From Amphiscolops sp. MND2022 (lineage: Eukaryota): a stretch of DNA of 64,000 nt. A program made the translations under genes and the position numbers. Numbering within the stretch: position 1 is the stretch's first letter; each line of letters begins with the position of its first letter. Below are positions 49,297-63,000 of the stretch, in pieces. The DNA lies in the NCBI GenBank assembly GCA_964187785.1, contig OZ076410.1, positions 42,656,001-42,720,000 on the forward strand. The letters run 5' to 3'. A model generated the notes under the pieces. The model had not been told where the DNA came from. It searched no databases and was given only the letters and a program-made list of their open reading frames with translations.

Positions 49297-49892
49297 AACG
49301 CGGTAAGGAAAGTTCGTAATCCACTCTAATCATGTAACACTTAAAACATGATAAATTGTTTTTGAACTTTCCAATCCTTTGAAATTGTGTTGATTATGTG
49401 AAATCACAAATGAACACGTGAAAGAACGTAATAACGGAACATGAATAACTTTTTGAAATTTCTTCTTTCCGATTTTTAATGTTGAAACGTGATTGAAACT
49501 TTGATAAAAAAGAAATTTCGTCTTTCGAATTTTTGATGTTGATTCAATTTAATGTATCTCTCAAACTAAGACGTGATTGACCACGTTATTGGAAGACTTT
49601 TGACCGTTTTTCCTTTGTCTCCCCACACAAATCAAAAAGTAGGGAAAATAGTGTGAACAAAGTTTGTATCTCATTTATAAACTTTTCCTCTGGAAATACA
49701 TATAAAATTGCACGATTTTGGAGCGTATTCATGTCTGTTTGTTGTGTTAATTACCGTTGACTTCGGCTATTTGAGAGACGCTCTCAAGCTTTCAACGACA
49801 CTATTTTCAAGTCTGGGAGATTTGGCACTGGAAGGTCCCGCAACTAACACGTCTTGGTCCGGAAGACCAGAGTTCCCTACAGCCTAGAAACG

Positions 49893-50133
49893 TACTAGGA
49901 GATAAATTTCCACAGTTCACAAAATCAGAACATAATTAAGCAACTGATTAGAAGAGGAACTGTAGAAAGGCATCCACTTTCTCGTAGAACAGAAGGTCTT
50001 TTGTTTGATGTTCATTTCTTTTATTAATGACCGTTAAGGCGCAGAGACTTCTGATTAGAAACAGTACTTCTAATCTAATAATATTGCACTGTGATTGACT
50101 GAGATTAAATTGGACACCTACTTTACCGCGCCA
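49893..50133. repeat. ~240-bp near-identical direct copy of 42737-42978
   Basis: gtactaggagat...ctttaccgcgcca shared with few mismatches. Confidence 0.92.
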
Positions 50134-51049
50134 TTTGATGATGGATTCTCAATTAGTCCTAATATCTCGCGTTGACTAAAATCAGTGTCTTGAAGACCTT
50201 TAGAGGTTTTGTTCTCGATTTTATTTGAGATGTCTTCAAAGTCTCTTTCCGATAATTGGACGTTTTCATCGTTAGTCCAACTCGCGACTTTCTCATCCAA
50301 ATGGCTAGTTGTCTGGTCACTTCCTTATCTACGTTTGTGAGACCGTTCTGGAATGATTTGAGGAGAAAACAGATACTGGGTAATAATTCAATTAAATCAA
50401 CGAATTGCTGAACTCAGAAAATAATTCGATATATAGTCGATTTGAATGCACACGGTCTGATGGCCAAAGTGTTAGCACGAAATATTAGCTTTAAGGAGGG
50501 GGTTCACTTAATCGGATAACTTCACAGACATAATCAGTGACAGCTAATGCTTTATTTGCGTCACTTATAATTGATTGGTTGTCCCGGTTGTTGTCCCCAA
50601 TTATGAATTCTGGTTGATTGTCCGGACGGTCGACCCAGTTTCTGAGATCACCAAATTTACAAACATACATTCATGAATTACTAATACCACACTTTTCATT
50701 TCCATTGAGCAACTTCATGTGATTTAGACTTATTTTAAGCTTCGTATTTGTACTTGATTAGCACATAGAAATCTCATGATTATATATGCACTTTGGATGT
50801 TTCAGTCGAGCAGCCGAGCGTGTCTCCCGGCTCTAATCGACTGGCGATTTGTCTAGCACGGCGGCTCAGCTAATATTGTGAATTTGCGCTAAACGCTGAT
50901 TGTTTAAGTAATGAAATCTGCTATGCTTTGTTCTGCTGTTATTGAGGCAATAAGCTGGCCGGTGCGCTGGTCGGAATAACTTCAATCAGCATGCCGGCCG
51001 TTTAAATGTGTAAACAAATCGCACTCATTGCACATTAGTATTATTTAAG
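50134..51049 (-). mobile_element. LTR fragment related to element C, with gag N-terminal remnant
   Basis: DFEDISNKIENKTSKGLQDTDFSQREILGLIENPSS resembles element C NFAELCEKIEKSVSRGIKDAEVGPSEILRMIENLSS. TATA-like sequence near 50780 on minus. Confidence 0.55.
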
Positions 51050-52995
51050 TGTCACAGCCCCAGCTAAGCTGTGAGATCTGCCACGTAGCAAGCGCGGTCT
51101 ACGAAGAAGGAAGTTGGGATTAGAATAAAAGAAAAGAAAGGCAAGTGAAATAACTAATATACAACTAATTTAGTGCTAATATATAATTATTATTTTAAAT
51201 TATTTCGGAGCTAAAATTTCATTCATATACGTATAAAAATATAAATTAATACTTAATATATACATACACACACACTGTGCCAACCAGTATGGAGCTGTTA
51301 GTGCAGTTAATAATATTAATTTAGTGCTATATAAATAATAACAATCGAACAACACCGCGTAGCTAGCGGCCCGATGTATTAATGGCGGAACTGCGGCCTG
51401 GCAACCGTCCTGAGTTTTGAGCAGTGAAGCGCCGGCCTGGCGAGTGGCCTGAACTCAAAATATGCTGTGCGCTGCTAACCAACAGCATAGTGTACTACTG
51501 TGATATGAACATTAACCTGCTAAAGCATTTTGTGTACAAATTGAACGATGCTACGTGTATAATTGTACAAGTAATTGAATGAAAACAACAAATGCATGGA
51601 GATTGAATACCACGGCCTGAGACATGGCCTGAGAATGAAACGAACAGAAATCCCTTTTATACGGAAGATAATGATGCTATTAATGATTTTCCTGTTTCTT
51701 CCAATGAAACCACAAACTAATACTCATGATTTCAAATGATAATTGTTAATTGCATGTAATTTTTAACAGTTTTGTTCATGTAACCATGTTTAATTTCTAA
51801 ACGCACCAAGCTGCGGCCCAGGCATTGGCCTGAGATTAAATTTCCTGAATTGTATAATGTAGTAACTGGTCGGTGACATATATTACCTTTTGAGCTATTT
51901 TCTGTTCTACTGGATCAATCTGTGTTCTAAACGGTGCCTTAAAATGAGTTGCCTCATGTAAAATTTCAATTGTTGCTATTTTAACCTTTAGTACGAAAGC
52001 ATGCATTTTTTCCCTAAAAATCCCAGGACACAGCCTGGGACCGGGGGTTCTTTATTGTAAAAGGGTCAACGTCTCAACGCCTCCAATAAGCGAATTTACA
52101 AATCAGTTTGCCGTTTGTTGATATAAACAATATGTTGAGCAGTATTTTGAACTAATTAAACTAATTTGGAGATTTTCATTTCCACTTAGAATATTTGTTG
52201 ATGTCTTCCCCATTTTCCGTCCTTTGGGCGTGAAATGTTGAATCATCTGTACATTTTGCTGCCGAGTTCAGTTTCGGCGTCCCATAGAGGCGGGAATCGG
52301 AGGTGAAGGGAAGCGGAGTCGCAACTCAGACAGGAAGTGGACGCGTGCTTTCTCCGGGAAGCATGAACAAACTGAGAGTCTGAGTTCGACAAAGCGGAAC
52401 TGAGCTTCCGGTTTCCTCGCCTCGAAAGGACGCCGGGCTGAACGAGGCGTGAAAGCGTGATGGATTTTTCCGCGTGTTAGTGTGCGGAAAGTATAAATAT
52501 CTGTAAAATTTGGATACTTTCAATTGAAAAATTGGTATTCTCTTTCGAAAACAACTTTGTTCTTTTCATCTCTGAAGTCAAAAAACTTTGAAACTTTCAA
52601 CTTTCTTCATCTTGATCGCTTTAAATCAGAAAGATTCAAAATCTGAGAAAAATTCTCGAAAAGGAAAGCAAGGAGAGATTCCGTATCTAGCTCGCTAGGA
52701 GAGCCTGAAACATCCAGCTCGAGGACAGAAAATATTCCTAGCGAATCCGATGAAAATTTTGCGGAATTATGTGAAAAAATAGAGAAATCTGTTTCTCGCG
52801 GGATCAAGGATGCAGAAGTAGGCCCAAGTGAGATATTGAGGATGATTGAAAACCTGTCATCTAAAATCGACTCTCTGTCAAACAAGACTCCTCCAACCTC
52901 GAATACTAAAACGGTTGAACCTGATTTAACTGAAACTGGTCCATCTTCCCAACGAGAAGATATTCACGAGTTGCCCCAATGTCAGGGTCAACACA
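51050..52995 (+). repeat. 5' LTR of element C (~1.95 kb; left boundary inferred)
   Basis: Starts with the same TGTCACAGCCC as the solo LTR and ends ...CAACACA before the PBS. GGCCTG clusters as in LTR A; TATAAATA at 52492. No partner LTR in the window. Confidence 0.55.
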
Positions 52996-55270
52996 TGGTG
53001 ACAGGAGTATCTCCCCAAACAGAAATGCCGCCCCGGTCATCAAGCTTGCCACCCTCCAACCAGAAATATCCGGACCACATAGATGACAAATTGCTTGAAT
53101 CGCTCCGGAATGTCACCCAACAGAATATCGAACTTCCCAGGCTACCGAAGGCATTATCAACAACCATGCCCACCTTCAACGGACGAAATGACAAATTCGA
53201 GCATTTCGAACACCTCTACATGACAAGTCTCAAGGTCTACCCTAACATCTCTGAGGAGGAACAAATTCATTATTTTCAATCCCTACTCAGGGATGAAGCC
53301 CTCCAAACATACCGCAATATGACTGACACAAACCCTGCCAGCTTAGAAGACATCATTGCCACATTCAGACGCATATAAGTACGCCCCCAATCCATCGCAA
53401 CAGCCAGATGCAAATGGGAGCAACTCTACTTCGACCCCTCTCGGCAAACGTCCAAGACTTCTTGGAACAATACCAAAAACTAGCACAGGAGGCGTACGGA
53501 GAAGATGCCCCAAGATTCATAGAAACATCCTTCTATGCCAAAATGCCGACCCACTTGTAACAAGTCCTCAACCAAGCCAGGTTGGAAACAGAATTTTTTG
53601 ACATGATGGTCTAACATTTTGAGAGGGAAATGGAACTAAACGGACTGTTGGCCCCTAATGAGACCAACATAACAGGAGTACATCAAATCGAAGTACAAGA
53701 AACACAACAAGCCCCAAACCCTCCCAAACCGTCGGGCCCATGCTATGGATGCAGACAATCTGTCAAAACTGTCGAAAAGTAGCCCGCGAAGCTCGCAATA
53801 GAGGCAACAGAGTACCCAACAAAATTGTCGACCCATGTGAAACATGTGACAAGAAGGGCCACACAACGCAAGATTGCTATTCGGGCGCCAATTGGGCGAA
53901 TAGACCACAGTGGTGGAAAACCCTCAGGGCTACACCCCCAAACAACATTCTGATAACACCACAACAAGGTCAGTACGTAAAAGACAACTCACAACTGACC
54001 CAACTCCAATACCACAACCAAGCAACTGGTCAAATGGGCTATCTACCCCCGCCTCAAATGACAACACAATCCCAAGAACAAATCCAGCCAAAAAACTAGT
54101 TTTGCCACATCTTCAGTTTGGGGAAACTGTCGAAACCCGACATTTCACAATATCTGAGCCCCCAAACACGTACGATCACGAAGAACATAACGAGCCCCGT
54201 GAACAACCATCTCTCGACTGGCAGCGAAGATGGCAAATTCACAAGCTCCACAAATACAAACGCCAAACTACGACCAAAAAAGACTACCCACAATGGTACA
54301 ATGACAACCAGACCGACTACAACACTCCGAAACGACCCTTACCAGAAAGCACCTCCCCCGAAACCTACATTCATGACCCCGACTTCAACTGTGACCCGTA
54401 CCGCAATCCCCAACTCTATGACAAAGAAACGTTGACCTTTAGACAGAGAGAGTGCACGCCATTCGAGGAGTATATCAAGAAAATAGGAATTAATATCTCA
54501 ACGGAGCGAGCTACGGCACAGACCAATAATTGTCCAGCCTGTACCAGATTATGATCAAGACGCAGAACGCGTGACAGAAATACTAGTCGACGAACCGAAT
54601 AACAGACCCAAGTCCATACTCAAAATTTAGGCATCCCAAATCACGGCTCCACAATCACCACCCAAAGACCAACCAGTCAACCCCATCAATGCTGGAATCT
54701 TACGATCCCCAACAATGGGCGTGGCACCCGACAGCCACCAACACGAAAACATCACCTGCAGGACCACGACTGAAGCCGTGGACCTGACTCAACCTGCATT
54801 CAACACAAAGACAACCCCCTCCAAACCAAAAACAAAGAGGATCAAGAGGTCTCTTCTAGAGCCCCTCTCCTGCGATGAGACGTCGATCTCATCCCCCCTC
54901 TCAATAGTCAGACGGAAGATGAAGTTGAAGACACTCAACCCATCATGGCTGACGAAACTAACATGCAGCCTGAATCCCAACCAGGTGTTGCAAACAGCAC
55001 ACCTCAACAGGACAAATCAGGGTCCTACCTCTCCGAGCAGACTGCAGAATACCCGAGGAAAAACCACACGACTAAAGGAGAGCCCACCTTCCTATCCCGA
55101 AACGATAGGCAGTCCGAAAACGAAGTCGAGGAACCTCGACCCACAGAGACCGCCACAACGAACATGCAATCTGGATCCCCACAGGTGCTGAAGATGACAC
55201 ACCGCCAGAGGACGAATCCCAGTCCTACCCCACGGCCCAGATTGCAGAATACCTCACAAGAGACCCCGTG
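52650..55270 (+). pseudogene. gag: Gypsy gag and Pro/Thr-rich linker, frameshifted
   Basis: MPTFNGRNDKFEHFEHLY...QIHYFQSLLRDEALQ; knuckle CETCDKKGHTTQDC; homologous to element A gag. Confidence 0.8.
52996..53007 (+). other. primer-binding site, tRNA-Leu(CAG)-like
   Basis: CA|TGGTGACAGGAG, same as element A; read in frame as MVTG in gag. Confidence 0.65.
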
Positions 55271-58200
55271 ACCAACGAGCAATGCATCCCAATCTTCTCA
55301 GCAGTGACACGCAAGAAGAAGAAATTGCTATTTGCTCCAATGTACTTCCAGGACCTCACCCTGGACGCTCTCATTGACACTGTTGCTCTTGTCAATTGTA
55401 TCTAAGAAACAGACTTCAACAAAACCTCCCAGATGTCCCCCAAGGACATAGTTAAAGAATTGGAACCACCCCCCTCAAACTCCAAGTCGCGAACGGTGAT
55501 ATCGAAAACCCCACAAAAACGATCAACCTCCAATTCGAGATCGGAGACTGGAACTTCAAAGAGACATTTATTGTTGCAAAACGACTCACGGGTTCAATAC
55601 TCGGCCTCACTTTTCTTAAGAATAATAGCGCCATCCTGGACGTGAGCCAAGGACTGCTTCACTTCCCCCATTTAACATATTTGATCGAAACCGACGAATA
55701 TACCCGTAACAGGAAGCTATACGAAGTCCGAGACAAACCAGACAATCACCGCCTACGCGGATACATCATCCACCATCGACACAACCGGTGTCATAAACCC
55801 AGCAACAAATCATTGCAGCGGTGATCCCTTGGTCGTAGCGAGCTCGATTTCCACGGCCTCGAACCGAAGAGTGATTTCAGAGTGACGAATCCGACCCCCA
55901 CACACTACACCATCAAAAAGAATACAACGATCGCAGAGTTCAAAATTATGTCGAGAGAGGAAGCCAAAGAACTCAAACCACTCAACACAGCAGCTTTCAA
56001 AGTGCTCACTGAAGACGATTCAGAAGACGCAATAGTCTATATCAACGAACTCCTAAAAACTTCTGACAAACCATCCAACAACCAAAACTTTTGGTTCCCC
56101 ACGCCAAATGACCACGGGGATCCTGATACTCACACGCTGATCCAAAGCCGAATTTTGCGAGAAATTAAAGAACTGGAAGAGATCCAGAAACTAAACTCCA
56201 CCAACAGCGACGAAGAAAGGGAGGCATTCCTCATAAACTTCAAATGGGATGACACACAACTGTCAGAAGACATTGAAGAAAACCAAAAGAAAAAAGAAAA
56301 ACCAGAAGAAAGACACCAAAAAGACATTGAAGAAACACTCATCGAGTTTAATGATATTTTTGCCAGGCCCCGACTTGGACATTGGAATCAACCACGATTT
56401 CAAAATTAAACTCACGCCAAAAACGGACGAACCAGTCTATTCACAGAGCCTGCCCTGCCCTATTAATCTGGAAGAAGACTTGACAGTTGAACTGGTATTA
56501 ATGCACTACTTCGGGATCATAACAACTCTCCCATTCAGCAAATATGCCAGCCCGATCTTTGCCCAGCGCAAGCCGACTGCGTCTACTAGTGGACCTCAGA
56601 AAGATCAATAACTTGATCTCCGATGATTACATCAACAATAATCATCCGGTCAGCACACTAACCGATGCTGCGCAACACGTTGCTGGCAAGAAGTTGTTTT
56701 GTAAGCTCGATTGCTCACAAGCTTACCACGTGTTGCAGATGGCAGATCAGAAGTCCGTCCAACTTCTCGCCTTCAACTTCGCCACCAGAACTTTCGCGTA
56801 TCTCAGACTGGCCCAAGGATTGAGCCGCTCACTATCGTCCTTCTCAAGTTTCATGAGAGAGTACCTGGACAAGGCCATAAAGGCGGACAAATGCGCCCAA
56901 TACGTGGATGACATTGGAATTGCCACAAACACTCCCGAAGAGTTGAAGAACACTTTGAGAGAGGTCTTCCAATGCATCCGTGCAGCAGGACTCCGGCTTT
57001 TAATAACCAAATGCCAGGTCGGCGACAAGGAAGTCGAATTCCTTGGGCGAACAATCTCTCCATCAGATGTGGCGCCCCAGAGCCACAAAATCCAGGAGTA
57101 CTGGCAAACGCTCAAATTCCCCCGAACGAAGACAGGACTTCAAAGATATACCGGATTTGTAAACTATTACAGGAACTTTATTCCCCGATTATCAGAGAAG
57201 ATCGCTCCGTTCCACGAGGTCATAAAGTCTGACAAGCCAGCAAAAATTGACCAGGAACTCATATCCAACTTCGAAGCCATCAACAGGTCACTAGACAACG
57301 CACGTGAACTTTGGCTCAAACAACCACTGCCAAACCGGCAGTACGTACTGATGACCGACGCCAATTTTAAAAACGCCGGATACGCCCTAATGACTGAAGA
57401 GGACCCAGAATAGAAAATCACTTCCACTAAGAAAATCTATGCCCCTGTAGCTTTTGGATCCGAAACCTTCTCTCCGTCACAATTGAAAATGTCAAGAACT
57501 TTTTGGCGATCTACTTTGCCTTCATGGAGTACAGCCATATCTTGTGGGGGTCCACCAAACCAATCATTGTCCTAACAGACAACAAATCAGTCCCGAGGTT
57601 TTTCCAAACCAAGATGATTCCACCCTCCTTCTGGAACGCCTGTGACTTTGTACTCCAATTTCACTTCAAGATCGCCCATGTACCAGGACGGATGAACACG
57701 GCGGCCGACTTCCTCTTCCAATTGGACATCAGCCCCAAAGAAAAGGTCCTTCTCCAAATCAGGGAAGACATCTAAACCACGCCCATCCAAGTGAACATTC
57801 AATCCTCCGACATTCATGAGGAAGACCAGACCTACTTCTTACCGGAAGACGACTCCGAAACAGAAGAAGACAGTTGGGGGCGAAAACAACGAGCACGCAA
57901 GAAAATATACAGCCCCCAAGAACACCAAACTGATTCCCCAGCTGCTACAAATAAATTAAACCCTCAAACGGAGAACTTGCCATTAGTCTGCAACAGTATC
58001 CAGGACCCAGAACAAAAACGAATGCGCCAACTACATAACGAAACAAACTTCCCACGCAGTTTGAGACCACACCAGGACCAGGACCCTGTCCTCAGAAACC
58101 TTAAACTAAAAATATTAAAAGACCCATACGACACCCAACTCCTCAACGACGACCCCGAGCAACAAAGTATTTAACCCAAAAAAACAGAATCATCATCAAA

Positions 58201-59880
58201 GACGGACTGCTGTACATACAATATTTTGGAGACAATGGGAAAGTAACTTACAGGTGTTGCTTCCCCAACAGCTCGTCAACGAATTCATACACCACCATCA
58301 TGGAAAGTATGGAAAACTCCCGGGTATAGCCAAAACCATCCAACAATGCCGTGAGAAGTACTACTTTCCAGGACTCGCCGCCAGAATAGCCAACCACACC
58401 TCGCACTGTAGAGAATGTACCCAGACAAAAAGAACACCCAATAGTAACATCACACCTCCCCTAATTGAAATGTCAAAAGTGGCAATGGGACCTGAAGATG
58501 CACTACATATGGACATTCGATGACCCATCAGGAGGATACAATGCAGTTATTACATCAATCGATGTATTCTCTCGATACCTATTTGCATACAGTGTTACTA
58601 GAATTGACACCAGAACCGTCACTCGGGTCCTAACAGACATTACTACCAGACACTGCTATCTACCCACGACAATCATCACGGACAAAGGGTTCCAATTTAT
58701 ATCAGAAGCCATGCAACAGACCACTGCAGCCTTGGGAATCCAATTGAAACACGCTACCACAAATCATGCCCAAACAATAGGCATCCTAGAACAAACTCAC
58801 GCCAATTTGAAGGAAAATCTAAAAATTATGACGGGAGAAAGGCGTACAATGTGGCACCAATTCTTACCAATGGCGGTATTAAACTACAATACCTCATCCA
58901 CACGTCCCTGGGATGTGAACCCAGCAGAGAGTTCCACGGGAGAGTCCCCTATGATGTACTCGACCTCAAATATGGACTCAAGCCACAACAACCTGCCCCA
59001 ACCAACAGTGAAATTGCCGAAGGAGTGCTCCGACAAACAAAAGAAATTGTTGAGCAGACACAACAATCACTGATGCAAGCCTATGTTCACCATAAACACT
59101 ATTATGACAAGAAGGCCTCAGCCAACCTCTTGGTAGTAAACGACTACTGCTATGCATTGCATCCAAAGGCGCATAGCCAATCGACAAAACTGCCGTTTAG
59201 AGACTACCTTTGGACGGGACCATATATCGTGGTCAAAATTTTACCAAGCAACAATTATTAAATTCACAAACTTCAAACAAACCTCACACAGATCCTACAT
59301 AGAATCAGGCTCCGTCCATTTACGAGTCCCCACAAACTGCCTGATATCTCAACGCCCTCCAATGGTTTCTAGCAGGACAACGAAGTCGTCATACAACATG
59401 ATGACCTATACGCATTAGCTTGGCAAGAACTTTACCAAGAAGACCCTACCCACCCCGGGAATAGACAGCCGCCCGAACCTCAATTGATAACGCCAACTCC
59501 AGAAACAGCAGACGAGACCACCCACCCCAATCTTTCGAGCCCCGACCCAACCACACGAACCCGAAGACACTAGCAACCACCCAGAAACCCAGGCAGATGA
59601 CCCAACCCTAGACATTGCTGATGAACCTGAAGATGCAGTGCCCACTCCTAAATCCCCCCAAAAATCAAAATACAAACTTCGACAAAACCCGCTCCAAATT
59701 GGAAGCCGGATTCGCTTACTACAACTCTATAGAAGTCAGTTCGAACAACTCGACAATCCCGAACCACGGGCCAGCCGACAGCCCAGAAATACAAGTTGTA
59801 GCGGACCTCGGCACCGACGGTGGCCTGAGATCAGAAGATTGAAAAGGCCCCAGGCACTAACCTGGACGGCTATACTGTAA
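55270..59880 (+). pseudogene. pol: Gypsy pol (protease, RT, RNase H, integrase), frameshifted
   Basis: LDALIDTV (degraded DTG); KLDCSQAY...RLAQGL...QYVDDIG; LMTDANF, TDNKS; integrase H..G..PG..C..C, TDKGFQF, GPY motif, KYKLRQNP. Confidence 0.93.
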
Positions 59881-60099
59881 CTCCACTTCAAATCTCCTCA
59901 AGCTATAATGACTCTCTCTCCCTCTCTCTTAAACTAGCTTACTCTACAACTGGGATGAAAACAATACCGAGGCAAAATACTAAATTCACAGACCGAATGG
60001 ATCATTGAGCCGCCCCAAGTTCTAATTTTTTTCTTCCAATTTGTATTTCTTCTTCATCGCCTTACTCGAACAGAGAGCAATTAAAAATTGTGTTAGAAA

Positions 60100-63000
60100 C
60101 GAAACACGGAACCAGAGAACGTTCCACAAACAGAAAAAACAGCCAACAATATACACAAGGCAAATAATACAAAGTTCATCAACCAGAAAACTATACAATG
60201 AAAGTTTTCAACAAGATTTGCCGGAGCGACAATTTTTCTTTCCACCAGTCTTCGACGAAGAGGCAGTCGCTGAAACACATTTACCAATGTCCGAGATGCC
60301 AATGGAGCCGACATCAGTAACCGCGGCAGAGCCAGAAACCACCCGAGAAGTCGCTTGGCCTGAAGACATCCGAGCCCTCCATTCATCAACCTGGCCAGAA
60401 TAGTAGGCAGTGTAACACTTAAATAAACTGTTGTAAACGTCTTCAACAGGATGACGACTTACATCAACCCAAGGATCAAACGAATCCCGGGCAAGGTGTT
60501 GCTGACCAACGGGCCGGTTGACCTTCAATTCTTCTACACAATCCAAAGTTAGAAGATCAGACGACATGAACTTTGGGTGGAGAACAAAGGACTGAATGGC
60601 ATAAAGACCGGAACGAATCACACTGGCTGGCAAGTTGGTCCCACTGACAGTTATATCCACAGCCGGCATCGCACTAGAACACGGGACACACAATGACCCG
60701 CACAAGACGAACCACCTGTCGGACATGGGCTCGGCATTGGTAACTTCCAATAGTCTCTAAGTACTCAAACACGTCAACAATCTGAGACAAATCCACCGAC
60801 AAGTGGCGCAGATCCACGCCTAGCGATTTGAACTCAATAACAGAGGACTCCCGATCCAGATCATCCAGATACCCAGCCTCTTGCAGACAAGAAACCAGAT
60901 CCTCAAACAGCCTGATGACATAGTCAGCATCGCCCCTCAACAACATATCCACGCTGAGGCAACTAAGAGAACGGGCAATACGGGAGTTGGCATAAGCAGA
61001 AGAACTCAATTGTTTGAGAAGCTCCAACAAATAGCTTTGGCACTCTCGCAGGAAGGATCGACGTGGAGACTCCTCGAATCCTCGCAGAGTTTTCTGAATG
61101 CTTATCTCACCCTGGAGACACTCACCTACAGGCACATTAGCCCAGCTATTGAGTGGCTTGTCAATGTAGTTGAACCAATCATCGATTGACGGCAACTGGC
61201 TCACTTTCTTAACCTTACTCAACAAGCTCCAGTAAAAGATGCAGAAGTCCGTGAAACTCCTACAGGCATAGTCCCGGACATTGGGGTCAAAGAGTTTCTT
61301 ACAGTTAGCACGGAAACACAGCAGGACAACATGTAACAAGGCCAATAGTGGAAGACCCAAACGGTCTGAACACAGCAAAGAGTCCAAGTCCACTACCTTG
61401 GCCGATTTCCTCATCACAAATACGTCATTAGACAGACACAGCTTCACATCCGCCCAATCGTCCAACAGTTCCTGCAATACCTCACAAAGGACACTGACAG
61501 GCAAGTCACCGGTTTCCAAACAGAGACGCAGCCGAGGTAATTCCAGCAACCATGCCTGCTGACACAGTCTCTTGAGACGCTGCACGAGATACTCAACAGT
61601 AGCAAAAGGATCCACTGAGCCCACGCACGAGAAGCTAGCATCGTTTCCAAGCCGGCGCAAAAGCTCGACACTAAAGGTTACGGAGACGAGGGGCACAGGA
61701 CGCCCCACCAGTCGGCACCAATCGACATAAGCATTGAAGAGAACTGGAGGACAGTCTTCAATTTCAACTGGACCACGGCGAGTCGAAACCAGTGACAGGA
61801 CCCGAGACAGACAGCGAATGTAGGCCTCACTTGACACAGCACTATAATCCTAGTCCACAATACAAATCTCGCGTACGGAATCACCGGAACAGCATCGGAC
61901 CGTACACCTCACCCCGGAGGATGAAGACTGCAAAGCTGAACTGAAAAAGCTGTCTCCCAGCCATGATTTCACGCGCCGCACAACTCGAGGATATAAGGTT
62001 TGCACTAACACTACCACAGTTTCCGTCTTGCTCCATATGACTGACGCATACGGGCTTTCTACAGGCAGCATGGTTCGGAATTGATTCCACAAGCGGCGCA
62101 GAAAGGCCTGGGAAACACCGCTCCTTAGTAGTTCCAACAAGCAACCGACGAGAGTAGTAGGAGGAACGTTGGACGGGACGCCAACCAACGCATCTACCTC
62201 ATCCTCTAGGAACTTGTTCATTTTCCCCAAAGTAACGGGGGGAGCATTCTCAATCTCAGCCCGCAGCTCAGCCGAGATTTCTGCAACTGGAAATGCATCG
62301 AGTTTGTCTGTATAAATAAAATCTTCATGGTCCAGCCGATACTTCCGGTCCTTTGCTAAATGCCCCTTGCACTTGAGATGACGCCATATACCACGGGGCC
62401 CCGAGACAGAAATGATACGTCCTTCCGGCAAATGGCACAATTAAAACCATTCGGACTTTTATCCTTGCGCCGGCTCACAAACAATCGAGGCACAGGATGG
62501 TTGGTTATAGCCTTTGTTAGTACGTGCGCTCAGTCTGCATCTTGGCCCTTTCTACGTCTCGACTCAAATGGATCCAAGAAACGACCGGGATCACTGGCAT
62601 CGATACCTTTGGATTTCAGCAACTGGGACAGCTCCTCAAATTCTAAAATGAGAACCAATAACAACTCACGAAACGAACTCACCCAAAACAAGCACAGGAT
62701 GTACAAACAAATTATAAAAAAAAACAACCACACGACAAACAGATGAAGCAACCAATGTAACGCGGAAGGAAACGAAAAACACAAAACTACAACACTGAGA
62801 GTATACTAACGTTTAGCTAGCGTCTTAGTCTCTTTCAAGGTCTCAGTCTTTTCCGCCCGAGCAGCGCTCCGAGCCAGCATCAAACACTGTGCTGCCGTCA
62901 TCACCACAGGAGACTCAGGTGGTACGGCAGGCAAACTAACTGAAACAACACCTGCTCACTATACTGAAACATTACACCCTTCAGGATATTGCCAACACGA

